Below are positions 1 through 10,602 of a stretch of DNA of 64,000 nucleotides, in pieces; position 1 is the stretch's first letter, and every line of letters starts with the position of its first letter. Source of the stretch: Candidatus Latescibacterota bacterium. GTDB taxonomy: Bacteria; Latescibacterota; UBA2968. The notes below the pieces were generated by a model that worked only from the letters and a program-made list of their open reading frames with translations, had not been told where the DNA came from and made no database searches. Both the position numbers and the translations under genes were made by a program. The DNA lies in the NCBI GenBank assembly GCA_965222605.1, contig OZ244960.1, forward strand, positions 2,336,001-2,400,000. Reading direction: 5' to 3'.

Positions 1-1276
1 GAGCACTCGTGCCAAAAACACCGATAACTGGCACATCAACGGCTGGATAATCGTGGAGCTGAAGTGCTTTAAGCAGGTCGTTTTGATGAATGTCGGGCGA
101 ATAAATCCAGAGGTTCTTTTTACGTGCCTTTTCGATCAGATCTCTTAGATCCTTTTGGTATATGGACAAAAAGCTGAATACATTTAAGTTGGCATCAATG
201 GCTTTCTCAATACTCTCGCGCAGGACATTCTTTTTGGTGATTCGACTCAGTTCATCTACATAACCCAGAATGAGCGTATCAGCCTCTTTCAATATCTCTT
301 GAAATCGTGGCTGAATCCGTATGCCAACGGGCGGTATGCCTATCGCTTCACCAGCATCTTTCCCAACATAACCTTTGGCAATGGGATCAGCGATGCCCAC
401 AATTTCAAAATTTAATAATTCCCTGAAACGCACCAGGCTATGTATTTCTTTGTTATAGGGATAAATAGCTGCTCTTTTGATATTGTTTGGATCAAAGGAT
501 TGGGACGTTTGGGGAGTATGCACGCGAATCTTGCGACCTGATGGGATTTTTTCATGCACTTCTCGATTGGCATTCACTTCCAATATGTTTCTAATCCCAT
601 TCAGATTGGCTTTGGGAAAGGCTTGTCTGATTAACGCGATAATGCCCGTGATGTGGGGCGCGGCAAAGCTACTGCCTTCAACAATATGCTCTCGCCCACC
701 CGCCCAGAGAACGCGCTGAGTTGTCCCTGGTGCGATACATTCAATAGACTCTCCTGCACGAAACAGATAATTGTAACGCCCTTTTATATCCCCCGCTTTC
801 ACACCGATCACATTGGAGAAATAGGCGGGAAAACTCTCCTGCCCTGAATTGTGTTCGGCAGCGACTATTGCGATACCCTTTTTCGTTGCTACCTGACATA
901 TATCCAACAGAGCATGCTTGACTTGCGCGTCCGTCGTTCCAAGGCTCAGGTTAATGATATCGACGTTCTGATCAATTGCCCAGCGAATGGACTCAAGGAG
1001 AATTTTCTGTTCTACAATTAAAGATTGATCGAAGATTTTTATAGCGTATAGCTCTGTACCAGGAGCCTTCTTTTTTACAATACTCGCAACCGCCGTGCCA
1101 TGACCAGATGTGTCTCGATAGTCTTGAGATGTATGGACGCTGCCCACAGAAAGCTCAAAACAAATTCCTGCGGTCACATGTTGCAACATTGCATGCGAAC
1201 GATCAATCCCGCTATCAACGATTGCAACCTTGACACCCTCTCCGTTTAGATCATGGAAATTGCATTTGTATTTCAT
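1..1276 (-). CDS. S8 (subtilisin-like) serine peptidase fused to a C-terminal Rossmann/P-loop (DUF1611/TIGR04066-like) domain; 3' end lies beyond the window
   Basis: Absent from the ORF track; translated by hand from ATG 1276: MKYKCNFHDLNGEGVKVAIVDSGID...DTSGHGTAVASI...IINLSLG...AAEHNSG...EGSSFAAPHITG (Asp/His/Ser triad), then AAIYPYNKEIHSLVRFRELLNFEIVGIAD...VDVPVIGVFGTSA, open to the edge. Confidence 0.9.
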   Translation of the reverse strand, partial: MKYKCNFHDLNGEGVKVAIVDSGIDRSHAMLQHVTAGICFELSVGSVHTSQDYRDTSGHGTAVASIVKKKAPGTELYAIKIFDQSLIVEQKILLESIRWAIDQNVDIINLSLGTTDAQVKHALLDICQVATKKGIAIVAAEHNSGQESFPAYFSNVIGVKAGDIKGRYNYLFRAGESIECIAPGTTQRVLWAGGREHIVEGSSFAAPHITGIIALIRQAFPKANLNGIRNILEVNANREVHEKIPSGRKIRVHTPQTSQSFDPNNIKRAAIYPYNKEIHSLVRFRELLNFEIVGIADPIAKGYVGKDAGEAIGIPPVGIRIQPRFQEILKEADTLILGYVDELSRITKKNVLRESIEKAIDANLNVFSFLSIYQKDLRDLIEKARKKNLWIYSPDIHQNDLLKALQLHDYPAVDVPVIGVFGTSA

Positions 1277-1315
1277 GGTTAGACCACTGTTGTCCACACG
1301 CCATCTTCGATATGC

Positions 1316-1636
1316 TCACTCTGCATCAGGCCGCTGACTTGGACCTTTCACCACAATCGGACTGATAAACATTTTTATTAAAATATCTAACAAAACATGG
1401 CCTGCTATAAGAAAATGCAATAGAGTTACTTCAATGCTAATCCATAAGTAGAGTAATAAGTAAAGTAATAAAAGAAATATGAGGATCGAAATACCGCGTT
1501 TCCAGTAATCAACGCTCCAAATCGTGCCACAATTTTTGCAGGGATACTTGATAAGACCGGCACGCAGTTTGCGCCACCACCCAACGGGATGTCCACACTT
1601 TGGGCAGGTATAAAGGTTTTTTATATTTATTGGCAT
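1316..1636 (-). CDS. Small Zn-ribbon membrane protein (cxxc_20_cxxc-like), copy 1
   Basis: CPKC-x18-CKNC followed by two hydrophobic segments; paralog of 1655..1960. Confidence 0.8.
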   Translation of the reverse strand: MPINIKNLYTCPKCGHPVGWWRKLRAGLIKYPCKNCGTIWSVDYWKRGISILIFLLLLYLLLYLWISIEVTLLHFLIAGHVLLDILIKMFISPIVVKGPSQRPDAE

Positions 1637-1654
1637 ATATTTGGTTCCAAATGC

Positions 1655-1960
1655 TCACTCTGCATCACGCCGCTGTGGTTCCTGCTTCTCAACAACCGGA
1701 TCGACATATCCTGCAACGAACAATCCTGAAGCAAAGATTACCAAAAAGACCCAAAAATTCACATGAGGCTTAAGCCATAATGCGGTTGAAAAGGTAAATA
1801 TAGAAACTAAAATCAGGCGTCTCACAGAACCAAAACCCAAAGGCGTACCGCAATTCTTGCAGGGCCATATACTGAAGATGTTAGCACTCAACTTACGTCG
1901 CCATCCAACGGAATGGCCACATTTTGGACAGGTGTAAATGTTTTTGATGATTCTTGGCAT
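1655..1960 (-). CDS. Small Zn-ribbon membrane protein (cxxc_20_cxxc-like), copy 2
   Basis: CPKC-x19-CKNC plus two TM segments; GGAGG RBS upstream; shares N-terminus and QRxDAE end with copy 1. Confidence 0.8.
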   Translation of the reverse strand: MPRIIKNIYTCPKCGHSVGWRRKLSANIFSIWPCKNCGTPLGFGSVRRLILVSIFTFSTALWLKPHVNFWVFLVIFASGLFVAGYVDPVVEKQEPQRRDAE

Positions 1961-2064
1961 ATTTTAGGCCCTCCATCCTGGATGAGAGAATTTTGCAGGT
2001 ATTGCACTCATATATACAATAGTACAATACCCGCAACCATCAAGATACCTAAGTTTGGCGTTTC

Positions 2065-2460
2065 CTATTCACCATATGCTTGTACGATTGGGTCGTCGTA
2101 GTCAATGTCACTACTCCAATCTATAAATCCTTCCATAATAGCCTCACTTGCATCACTGGCCAACTCTCTTATGGCTTCTCCTGCTTGTGCCTCGGCAGCG
2201 GCCTGATCAAATGTAGTTTCAAGGACACCTTGCAAACCATCTACCATTTCATCATGGTAATAATGGTCAACGATAGGCATAGCTGAAGCCGCATAAGGCC
2301 CAACATAAGGAATTGTTGCTACTGTTGCTGTAGCACCCCAAAAAGTCCAAAAATATATTTCCTCCATATCCATCAACCCATCCATCTTTGTTTCACCCTC
2401 ATAAGCCTCTACGGGCATAATGGTCTCGTAATGCATCTTTCTTTTCACCAGCTTTTGCAT
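2065..2460 (-). CDS. Putative secreted precursor protein/peptide (131 aa; basic leader, hydrophobic segment, acidic body)
   Basis: GGAGG RBS before ATG 2460; MQKLVKRKMHYETIMPVEAYEGE...IYFWTFWGATATVATIPYVGPYAASAMPIV...DDPIVQAYGE; lies between exporter and S8 peptidase genes. Confidence 0.7.
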   Translation of the reverse strand: MQKLVKRKMHYETIMPVEAYEGETKMDGLMDMEEIYFWTFWGATATVATIPYVGPYAASAMPIVDHYYHDEMVDGLQGVLETTFDQAAAEAQAGEAIRELASDASEAIMEGFIDWSSDIDYDDPIVQAYGE

Positions 2461-2543
2461 GTGATCCTCCAATGGTATAAAAATTAGAAATCGATGAATG
2501 TTTCCATTCACCATGAACGAAGCACCGTGTAGTGATCTCTCAT

Positions 2544-2879
2544 TTACCCCCTTTCCTTGTCAAGAGGTGCTTTTCGACTATCAGCGTCAGAATTTTGGTC
2601 TGAAGATTGCACAATTTTAACGCGCAGCAATGAAAGAATGATAAAAACGCCAACTGGCAGAAGACAATAGACAGGAAAGCTCCAATCCTTGACCCAGAAT
2701 TCAAAAAATAACCAGAAAGCTACAAATACCGGTAGTAGCAAGAACGATCTTCTCAGATCATCTTTAAGCATGATGCCACATTTCTTACAGGGCCAGGTGA
2801 GACCAGGTTTCCAGGTCCACCATTTATACCCCTCCCACGGGCGGTTATATCCACAATTTGGGCACTTCGCTTTGAACAT
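2544..2879 (-). CDS. Small Zn-ribbon membrane protein (cxxc_20_cxxc-like), copy 3
   Basis: CPNC-x21-CKKC plus two TM segments; close duplicate of copy 4. Confidence 0.8.
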   Translation of the reverse strand: MFKAKCPNCGYNRPWEGYKWWTWKPGLTWPCKKCGIMLKDDLRRSFLLLPVFVAFWLFFEFWVKDWSFPVYCLLPVGVFIILSLLRVKIVQSSDQNSDADSRKAPLDKERG

Positions 2880-3246
2880 ATTAAATCCTCGCTAAACGCT
2901 TTTGAAGCTTTGTTAAACGGCACTTTGGGGGTTATCAGCGTCAGAATTTTGGTCTGAAGATTGCACAATTTTAACGCGCTTCAATGAAAGAATGATAAAA
3001 ACACCAACCGGTAGGAGACAATAGACAAGAAGGCTCCAATCCTTGACCCAGAATTGAAAAAATAACAAGAAGGCCACATATATGAATAGCAGCAAGAACG
3101 ATCTTCTCAGATCATTTTTAAGCAGGATGCCACATTTCTTACAGGGCCAGGTGGAATTAGGTTTCCAGGTCCACCATTTATCTCTTTCCCAGGGGCTTTC
3201 ATATTCACAGTTTGGGCATTTTGCTTTAAGCATATTAAATCCTCGC
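2577..3246. repeat. Tandem duplication of a ~350-bp unit carrying Zn-ribbon genes 3 and 4
   Basis: Long shared stretches, e.g. tatcagcgtcagaattttggtctgaagattgcacaattttaacgcgc at ~2579 and ~2933, and catattaaatcctcgc at 2877 and 3231. Confidence 0.85.
2913..3233 (-). CDS. Small Zn-ribbon membrane protein (cxxc_20_cxxc-like), copy 4
   Basis: Start re-called to MLKAKCPNC (ATG 3233, AGGA RBS, just after the ABC stop); CPNC-x21-CKKC plus two TM segments. Confidence 0.8.
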   Translation of the reverse strand: MLKAKCPNCEYESPWERDKWWTWKPNSTWPCKKCGILLKNDLRRSFLLLFIYVAFLLFFQFWVKDWSLLVYCLLPVGVFIILSLKRVKIVQSSDQNSDADNPQSAV

Positions 3247-4950
3247 GGCTCGCTCCTGGAGCATAGAATAAACACCATCTTGCAGCATCAAAACTTCGTG
3301 GCTACCTTCTTCCGCAATTCTTCCCTGATCGATGACAACGATTTTGTCTGCACGCCGGATGGTTGACAGACGATGGGCAATGACGATCACCGTCCTTTGT
3401 TTGCAAATTTCTTTCATCGCTTCCTGAATATAAAACTCAGATTCGTTATCCAGTGCCGCAGTAGGTTCATCCAGGATCAAGATGGGCGTGTTCTGCAATA
3501 ACACCCGTGCAAGCGCGACCCTCTGCTTCTGACCCTCTGAAAGTTGCGCTCCCTGCTCACCGATGATCGTGTGATAACCACTGGGTAGCTTCGTGACAAA
3601 ATCGTGGATATAGGCTGCCCGGGTCGCGGCTTCGACATCGATCATGGATATAGGCTTTCCAAACGTCAGATTCTCCAAAATACTCCCCTGAAACAGCGCA
3701 CTACCTTGCATCACAAAGCCAATATTTTGGCGCAGAGAATTGAGACGATATTGCCTGATATCGACCCCATCAATCAAGACTTGACCATCCACTGGATCGT
3801 AGAACCTCGGGATGAGCTTCGCCAGAGTAGATTTGCCCGATCCGCTTCTTCCAACAATGGCGACGGTTTGATCGACACCGATCTCGAGATTGATCTCGTT
3901 CAACACCACCCTTTCGGGTTGATATGCAAAACTGACATCTCGAAACTCTATCCTTCCGTGGACCTCGTTGAGTTCAGCCAACTGCGGTTCATCGCGTATA
4001 TCAGGCGTGATATTATAGACTTCAAAAAAGCGGTCCGTATGAACCAGTGTAGATTCAATGCGCCGCAACAGACCAATAAGACTTTTAATAGGTCCATACA
4101 AATACCCCACATAGCCCGTAAAAGCCATATAACTCCCCAACGTCAAATTGTCAGATAGCACCTCGTGCCATCCGTAGAAACCGTAGGCAAGTGTTCCACC
4201 CGTCTTAACAATGGTGCTGACATATCCCGTTGTGCCCGAAAAAAGCGACACTTTCATTCTGAGATTTGCAACATTGATGAACAATCCCTGCAATTTCTGA
4301 AAAAATGAGGTCTCCAACCCCAAAGACTGTACTGTTCTAATCGAAGAGATTGACTCGTAATTTTTGGCCGATAACTCTGCTGAGCGTTCTGCAACTTCCC
4401 TCGTATATTTGCGGATAAACCGTCTCGAAATCAAAACCAAAAGCGTATCAAAGGGCAAGACCGTGAGGCTGATCAGGGCCAGTTTCCAATTGATAAAGAA
4501 CAGAATAGGCGGAAAGATCACGAGTTGGAGCGAATTGATAATCAGTGTGTTAATCAAACCAATAACACTGGCAATTGAACTCCGCATATCCCTGAACCGA
4601 GATAATATTTCACCCGTCTCTCGATTGTCAAAAAAACTGAAATCCAACGTTTGGATATGTTTGTAAAAACGCGCTTGAAAATCATACCCCATCCGGACGC
4701 CAACACACTGACCAAAATACCCACTGATAAATCTCATCCCGCCCACACCCAACGACATCAGCATGCCCAATAACAGAAGGAAATTCAACAGAGAGAAATC
4801 TTTGTGCGGATATACATCATCGATCATTATTTTTGTGAAATAAGGCCCTGGTATCTGAAACAGCATAAACAAAATGCCAACACAAAGCGACTGAATGATA
4901 TATCGCCAATAAGGTCGAAGCATCTTAACAATAGTGAATATTTGCGTCAA
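3235..4950 (-). CDS. ABC exporter, fused TM and ATPase domains (peptide/type I secretion type, no C39 domain)
   Basis: ABC membrane domain, Walker A GRSGSGKST, signature LSEGQKQR, Walker B ILILDEPT, AHRLST; starts directly with the TM domain. Confidence 0.92.
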   Translation of the reverse strand: MTQIFTIVKMLRPYWRYIIQSLCVGILFMLFQIPGPYFTKIMIDDVYPHKDFSLLNFLLLLGMLMSLGVGGMRFISGYFGQCVGVRMGYDFQARFYKHIQTLDFSFFDNRETGEILSRFRDMRSSIASVIGLINTLIINSLQLVIFPPILFFINWKLALISLTVLPFDTLLVLISRRFIRKYTREVAERSAELSAKNYESISSIRTVQSLGLETSFFQKLQGLFINVANLRMKVSLFSGTTGYVSTIVKTGGTLAYGFYGWHEVLSDNLTLGSYMAFTGYVGYLYGPIKSLIGLLRRIESTLVHTDRFFEVYNITPDIRDEPQLAELNEVHGRIEFRDVSFAYQPERVVLNEINLEIGVDQTVAIVGRSGSGKSTLAKLIPRFYDPVDGQVLIDGVDIRQYRLNSLRQNIGFVMQGSALFQGSILENLTFGKPISMIDVEAATRAAYIHDFVTKLPSGYHTIIGEQGAQLSEGQKQRVALARVLLQNTPILILDEPTAALDNESEFYIQEAMKEICKQRTVIVIAHRLSTIRRADKIVVIDQGRIAEEGSHEVLMLQDGVYSMLQERAARI

Positions 4951-4981
4951 GATTCCGAATCTCCAATTTGTCTGTCGTCAT

Positions 4982-6160
4982 TTAAAAAACCAAAGGATTT
5001 TGCTTATCAACGATGCCAAAAGCATCTTTTATCTTTTTCCACGCAATCTTCCATAAGAAATTTCTTTCAATAATGATCTTTGCATCTAACCTCATGCCAT
5101 AAGCCACGGGATAAATCTGATCGCCACTGCGAACAAAGGGATCATCGATCAATATCTTCACCGGGTATAATGTCAGAGCCGTTGCATTTGGGGGCAAAAC
5201 TTGATTCCGGCTGGGCAATTCACTAACGCTACCACTGAAAATTTTGTAACTCATATGTGGAAACGCATGGATGTACAACTTGACATCTTGACCCATTTCA
5301 ATTTTTGAAATATCCACCTCTTGCACAAAAACCCTTGCCTGCCATTCATTTAACTGCGCCAATTCCAATATCGGACTGCCAACTAAAACCCGATCTCCTT
5401 CGATTGTTTCAATATCTGAGGTCAGCACAATGCCCGAGATTGGGGAAATGATAACGGTTTTTCTTATCTGTTCCTGAATCCAATCGCGTTCTTGTTGGAA
5501 TTTGTCACCGACCAATTTCAAAGTTTGGATTTCTTTCTCTCTGACAACCAGAGCATCAAGCTCAATTTCCAGATAGGTCATGCGTTGCAGGATGCGATTG
5601 AGATTGTTTTCTTGAAGTTTTACAGGCAAAAGCGTCTCAAGAGGTCGTGTCCGTTCCTTTCTCTCTTTGAGATATTTTTGATACAATTGTTGCTCTCGTA
5701 AAATCTGTTCAAGCCGAAGACCACCCGCTTCGTGTTCAAGTCGCGTCTGATCAAGACTCGATTCTATTCTTTGCCTATCAAAAAATAATGTCTCTCTGAG
5801 TTCCTCTATCTGCTGTTGATTGATTGCGATCTCTTTTTCAATTTTCGCGGCCTCTTTTCTCCAATCTGAAGCATCGAGAACAAAAAGTGTATCCCCTTTT
5901 GCGACCTGCTGACCAGCGTGAATAAGCACCTTCTTTATCGTCCCTATGGTCTCTGATTTGACAAATTTTTTCTCAACGGGTTCAACGTGACCAGAAGCCT
6001 CAACACTGATTTCCATTTCGACATCCCAGCCTAAAATCACAATCCCTGCAATAAGCAGAATACTCGATGCTATAATAGACAGAATGAAGAATCTTATAAA
6101 CTCAAAGCCCCTTAGCTTGATCTCATGATCAGATTCAGGCTGTTTGGTGGCTAAAGCCAT
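4982..6160 (-). CDS. HlyD-family membrane fusion protein
   Basis: N-terminal TM, lipoyl-like halves (GTIKKVLIHAGQQVAKGDTL; IISPISGIV), long coiled coil, GMRLDAKI end. Confidence 0.9.
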   Translation of the reverse strand: MALATKQPESDHEIKLRGFEFIRFFILSIIASSILLIAGIVILGWDVEMEISVEASGHVEPVEKKFVKSETIGTIKKVLIHAGQQVAKGDTLFVLDASDWRKEAAKIEKEIAINQQQIEELRETLFFDRQRIESSLDQTRLEHEAGGLRLEQILREQQLYQKYLKERKERTRPLETLLPVKLQENNLNRILQRMTYLEIELDALVVREKEIQTLKLVGDKFQQERDWIQEQIRKTVIISPISGIVLTSDIETIEGDRVLVGSPILELAQLNEWQARVFVQEVDISKIEMGQDVKLYIHAFPHMSYKIFSGSVSELPSRNQVLPPNATALTLYPVKILIDDPFVRSGDQIYPVAYGMRLDAKIIIERNFLWKIAWKKIKDAFGIVDKQNPLVF

Positions 6161-6253
6161 AATGGAGACGTAAGACAGGTAGCGATAATGGCTAAAACCG
6201 ATGGATTTCGACCGAGCAAATAAACATTCAACTCAAACATCCTTCCAAAACGT

Positions 6254-7090
6254 CTAAATTTCTCCGCGCATAAATTTTTTGCGGTACTGGGTAGGAGAAA
6301 TGCCATGTATCCTCTTGAAATCCTCACTGAAACGATTTGATCCACGAAACCCACACATGCGTGCAATTTCATACATAAACAGTGATGATCCCGTTAAAAA
6401 ATGCTCTGCCTGCGCTATTCTGACCTCCCTCAGTTTTTCACGGAAGGTCTTGTCAAAATATTTTCTAAACAGCGCGTGACCATGCGATAGCGAGAGATCA
6501 AAATGGCGCGTGAGATCTTCAAATTTCAGGTCTGGTTTTCTGTAACGCTCCTCCAAAAATGATTCCAATGCCTCTTGCGAAACCTTCTCTCGGCCGACGT
6601 TCAACGGCTGTTGAAAGGATTTGGGCAGTGAACGGGATGCTTCACGGACCCGCGACACATTGTATCCCACTTCATTCAGTAGAATACAGTTTTTGACCTC
6701 TGCCAAAAATTTGTCCTTCACAATCGGTTTATCCAGTACGCTCACAGCACCTGCTGTGAGTATTTCTTTCGTTACTTCCATGAGCAAAACGCTCCCCATC
6801 ATCAGAATATTTGTCTGAATTTTCTCTGCTGCAACGCGCTCCAAAAGTGCGACCCCATCAAGACCTGCTATATCTTTTTCAGCGATAGCGAGAGCAATCT
6901 TCTCTCGTCTCAAAATTTTAAGTCCTTCTTTTGCATTTTCCGCTGTACACACGTCATAAGGTTCATCGCTCAAGAATCCCACAAGGGTCGATAGAACGCG
7001 GGGGTCGGGATCTATAATCAGAATTTTCTGTTTGTTCAGATCAGGACGCGAATGATCGGCACGAGGAGGAACTGTCATATATTTTCGCAA
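6254..7090 (-). CDS. Response regulator, REC plus AraC-type HTH (atypical receiver)
   Basis: KILIIDPD...LDKP receiver fold; C-terminal EIARMCGF...FSEDFKRIHGISPTQYRK AraC signature. Confidence 0.88.
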   Translation of the reverse strand: MRKYMTVPPRADHSRPDLNKQKILIIDPDPRVLSTLVGFLSDEPYDVCTAENAKEGLKILRREKIALAIAEKDIAGLDGVALLERVAAEKIQTNILMMGSVLLMEVTKEILTAGAVSVLDKPIVKDKFLAEVKNCILLNEVGYNVSRVREASRSLPKSFQQPLNVGREKVSQEALESFLEERYRKPDLKFEDLTRHFDLSLSHGHALFRKYFDKTFREKLREVRIAQAEHFLTGSSLFMYEIARMCGFRGSNRFSEDFKRIHGISPTQYRKKFMRGEI

Positions 7091-7162
7091 ATGTATGTAT
7101 CCTTAAGTAAAAAAATAATTGATTTATGACAATACAGATTTTTCACTACTTAAACAGATATA

Positions 7163-7178
7163 TGCAACATGTGTGCCA
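7163..7178 (-). promoter_or_regulatory. Sigma54 (-24/-12) promoter upstream of the exporter cluster
   Basis: Minus strand reads TGGCAC-ACATG-TTGCA, correct consensus spacing, about 70 nt upstream of the regulator start. Confidence 0.7.
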
Positions 7179-7325
7179 ATGTGATTTTTTCTAATGATAA
7201 TTCTTGTAAGGCATTATTTTTAGTTCGCATAGAGGTTATTATCGAGTAAAAGTCAGACTGAATATCGAATTCAAAGGTGAAAACATCGTTCACTTTTCTC
7301 TTTCCGATTGAACATTAAATACACG

Positions 7326-7354
7326 TTGACAACCGCGCTTCAGGTTGTTACTTT
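7326..7354 (+). promoter_or_regulatory. Sigma70-type promoter with no downstream plus-strand CDS
   Basis: TTGACA-17 nt-TACTTT with a TG extended -10. Confidence 0.55.
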
Positions 7355-7360
7355 AGCTTC

Positions 7361-7438
7361 GTCTTCTCAAGTTATCAGCTTGAGATATTTGCCGCCGCTG
7401 ACAGGGGACTTGGTCGAGTCTTGTCAGCGGCTCTTTTA
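7361..7438 (+). ncRNA. Candidate small RNA (two hairpins, the second terminator-like)
   Basis: Follows the promoter; stems tctcaag/cttgaga and gccgctgaca/tgtcagcggc, then TCTTTT. Confidence 0.4.
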
Positions 7439-7536
7439 TGATAATACCATCGCGTCTGTAATTGCAATTCAAAAAGATTCCGCATATCTCTGATTCCTTC
7501 CGTATATATATGATTTTCTCATTTTTTTTCGTTTTC

Positions 7537-8199
7537 TCACTTCTCACTTCTTATTGTCGAACCAAAAAAGTTTGTCTTCAAATCGATCTTCTTTCCAACC
7601 CGGTTGCCCACCAGCCCGCGCGCACCTGCAATATCAAAATCCTTCAACGCAATCTGAAACTCGCCCTTCACCACAAAAAAGTCCCCCGGTGCTCGCTTCT
7701 TTGTCTGCTCTGACGCCAGCAAATACGTCGCCTCAAAGGGAATCGCTATCTCCTTATCCACGCCGTGCAGTAAAAATGTCCCCATTGCCAAACCCGTAAT
7801 AACCGCCTTATCTTTCCCCACCGTCACAGACACATCCTTCAACCCCGCAATATCAAACCCAATCACCGGAAACTGTTTTTCATCCAACCAATCTTCACTG
7901 TGCAAATGCGCGTCGCGCTTCTCAATACCCGTTTCCATACTCGCAACCTGCACCTCAATCTTCCCGGCCATACCCTCCAAATTTGCCGGATCCAGCTTTA
8001 ATTCGCCCGAAATCTCCGACGCTGTACCGTGAATCTCTTCCAGCGGCGCCGAACTCACAAACCGAATCTGATTCTTACCCACCTCATTGCGCAACACAAT
8101 CGTCTGAACACCCTCAACTGGCAACCCCAATAACGTCTCTGCACAAACCTGTTGCGCTGCAATACACCCGACGAAAAATAAACCGACGACCCATCGCAT
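7537..8199 (-). CDS. YceI-family lipid/polyisoprenoid-binding protein
   Basis: Signal peptide; VASMETGIEKRDAHL...WLDEKQFPVIGF, GTFLLHGV motifs. Confidence 0.88.
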   Translation of the reverse strand: MRWVVGLFFVGCIAAQQVCAETLLGLPVEGVQTIVLRNEVGKNQIRFVSSAPLEEIHGTASEISGELKLDPANLEGMAGKIEVQVASMETGIEKRDAHLHSEDWLDEKQFPVIGFDIAGLKDVSVTVGKDKAVITGLAMGTFLLHGVDKEIAIPFEATYLLASEQTKKRAPGDFFVVKGEFQIALKDFDIAGARGLVGNRVGKKIDLKTNFFGSTIRSEK

Positions 8200-8227
8200 A
8201 TTTAGCCTCCTTCTCTAATTTATCTCC

Positions 8228-10517
<2,290 letters not shown>

Positions 10518-10518
<1 letters not shown>

Positions 10519-10583
10519 TAGGGGACGGTCCCTGTGCCGTCCCAAATGACCACCTGCGGGCGACCACAGGAGGTCGCCCCTAC
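10518..10583. repeat. Inverted pair of GTAG-type REP palindromes
   Basis: gtaggggacggtccctgtgccgtccc (10518-10543) and gggcgaccacaggaggtcgcccctac (10558-10583) between convergent genes. Confidence 0.75.
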
Positions 10584-10602
10584 AAATCAGATTATCCACC
10601 CC

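Noticed and set aside
477-847. Short plus-strand ORFs
   Set aside because: Antisense to the S8 fusion gene
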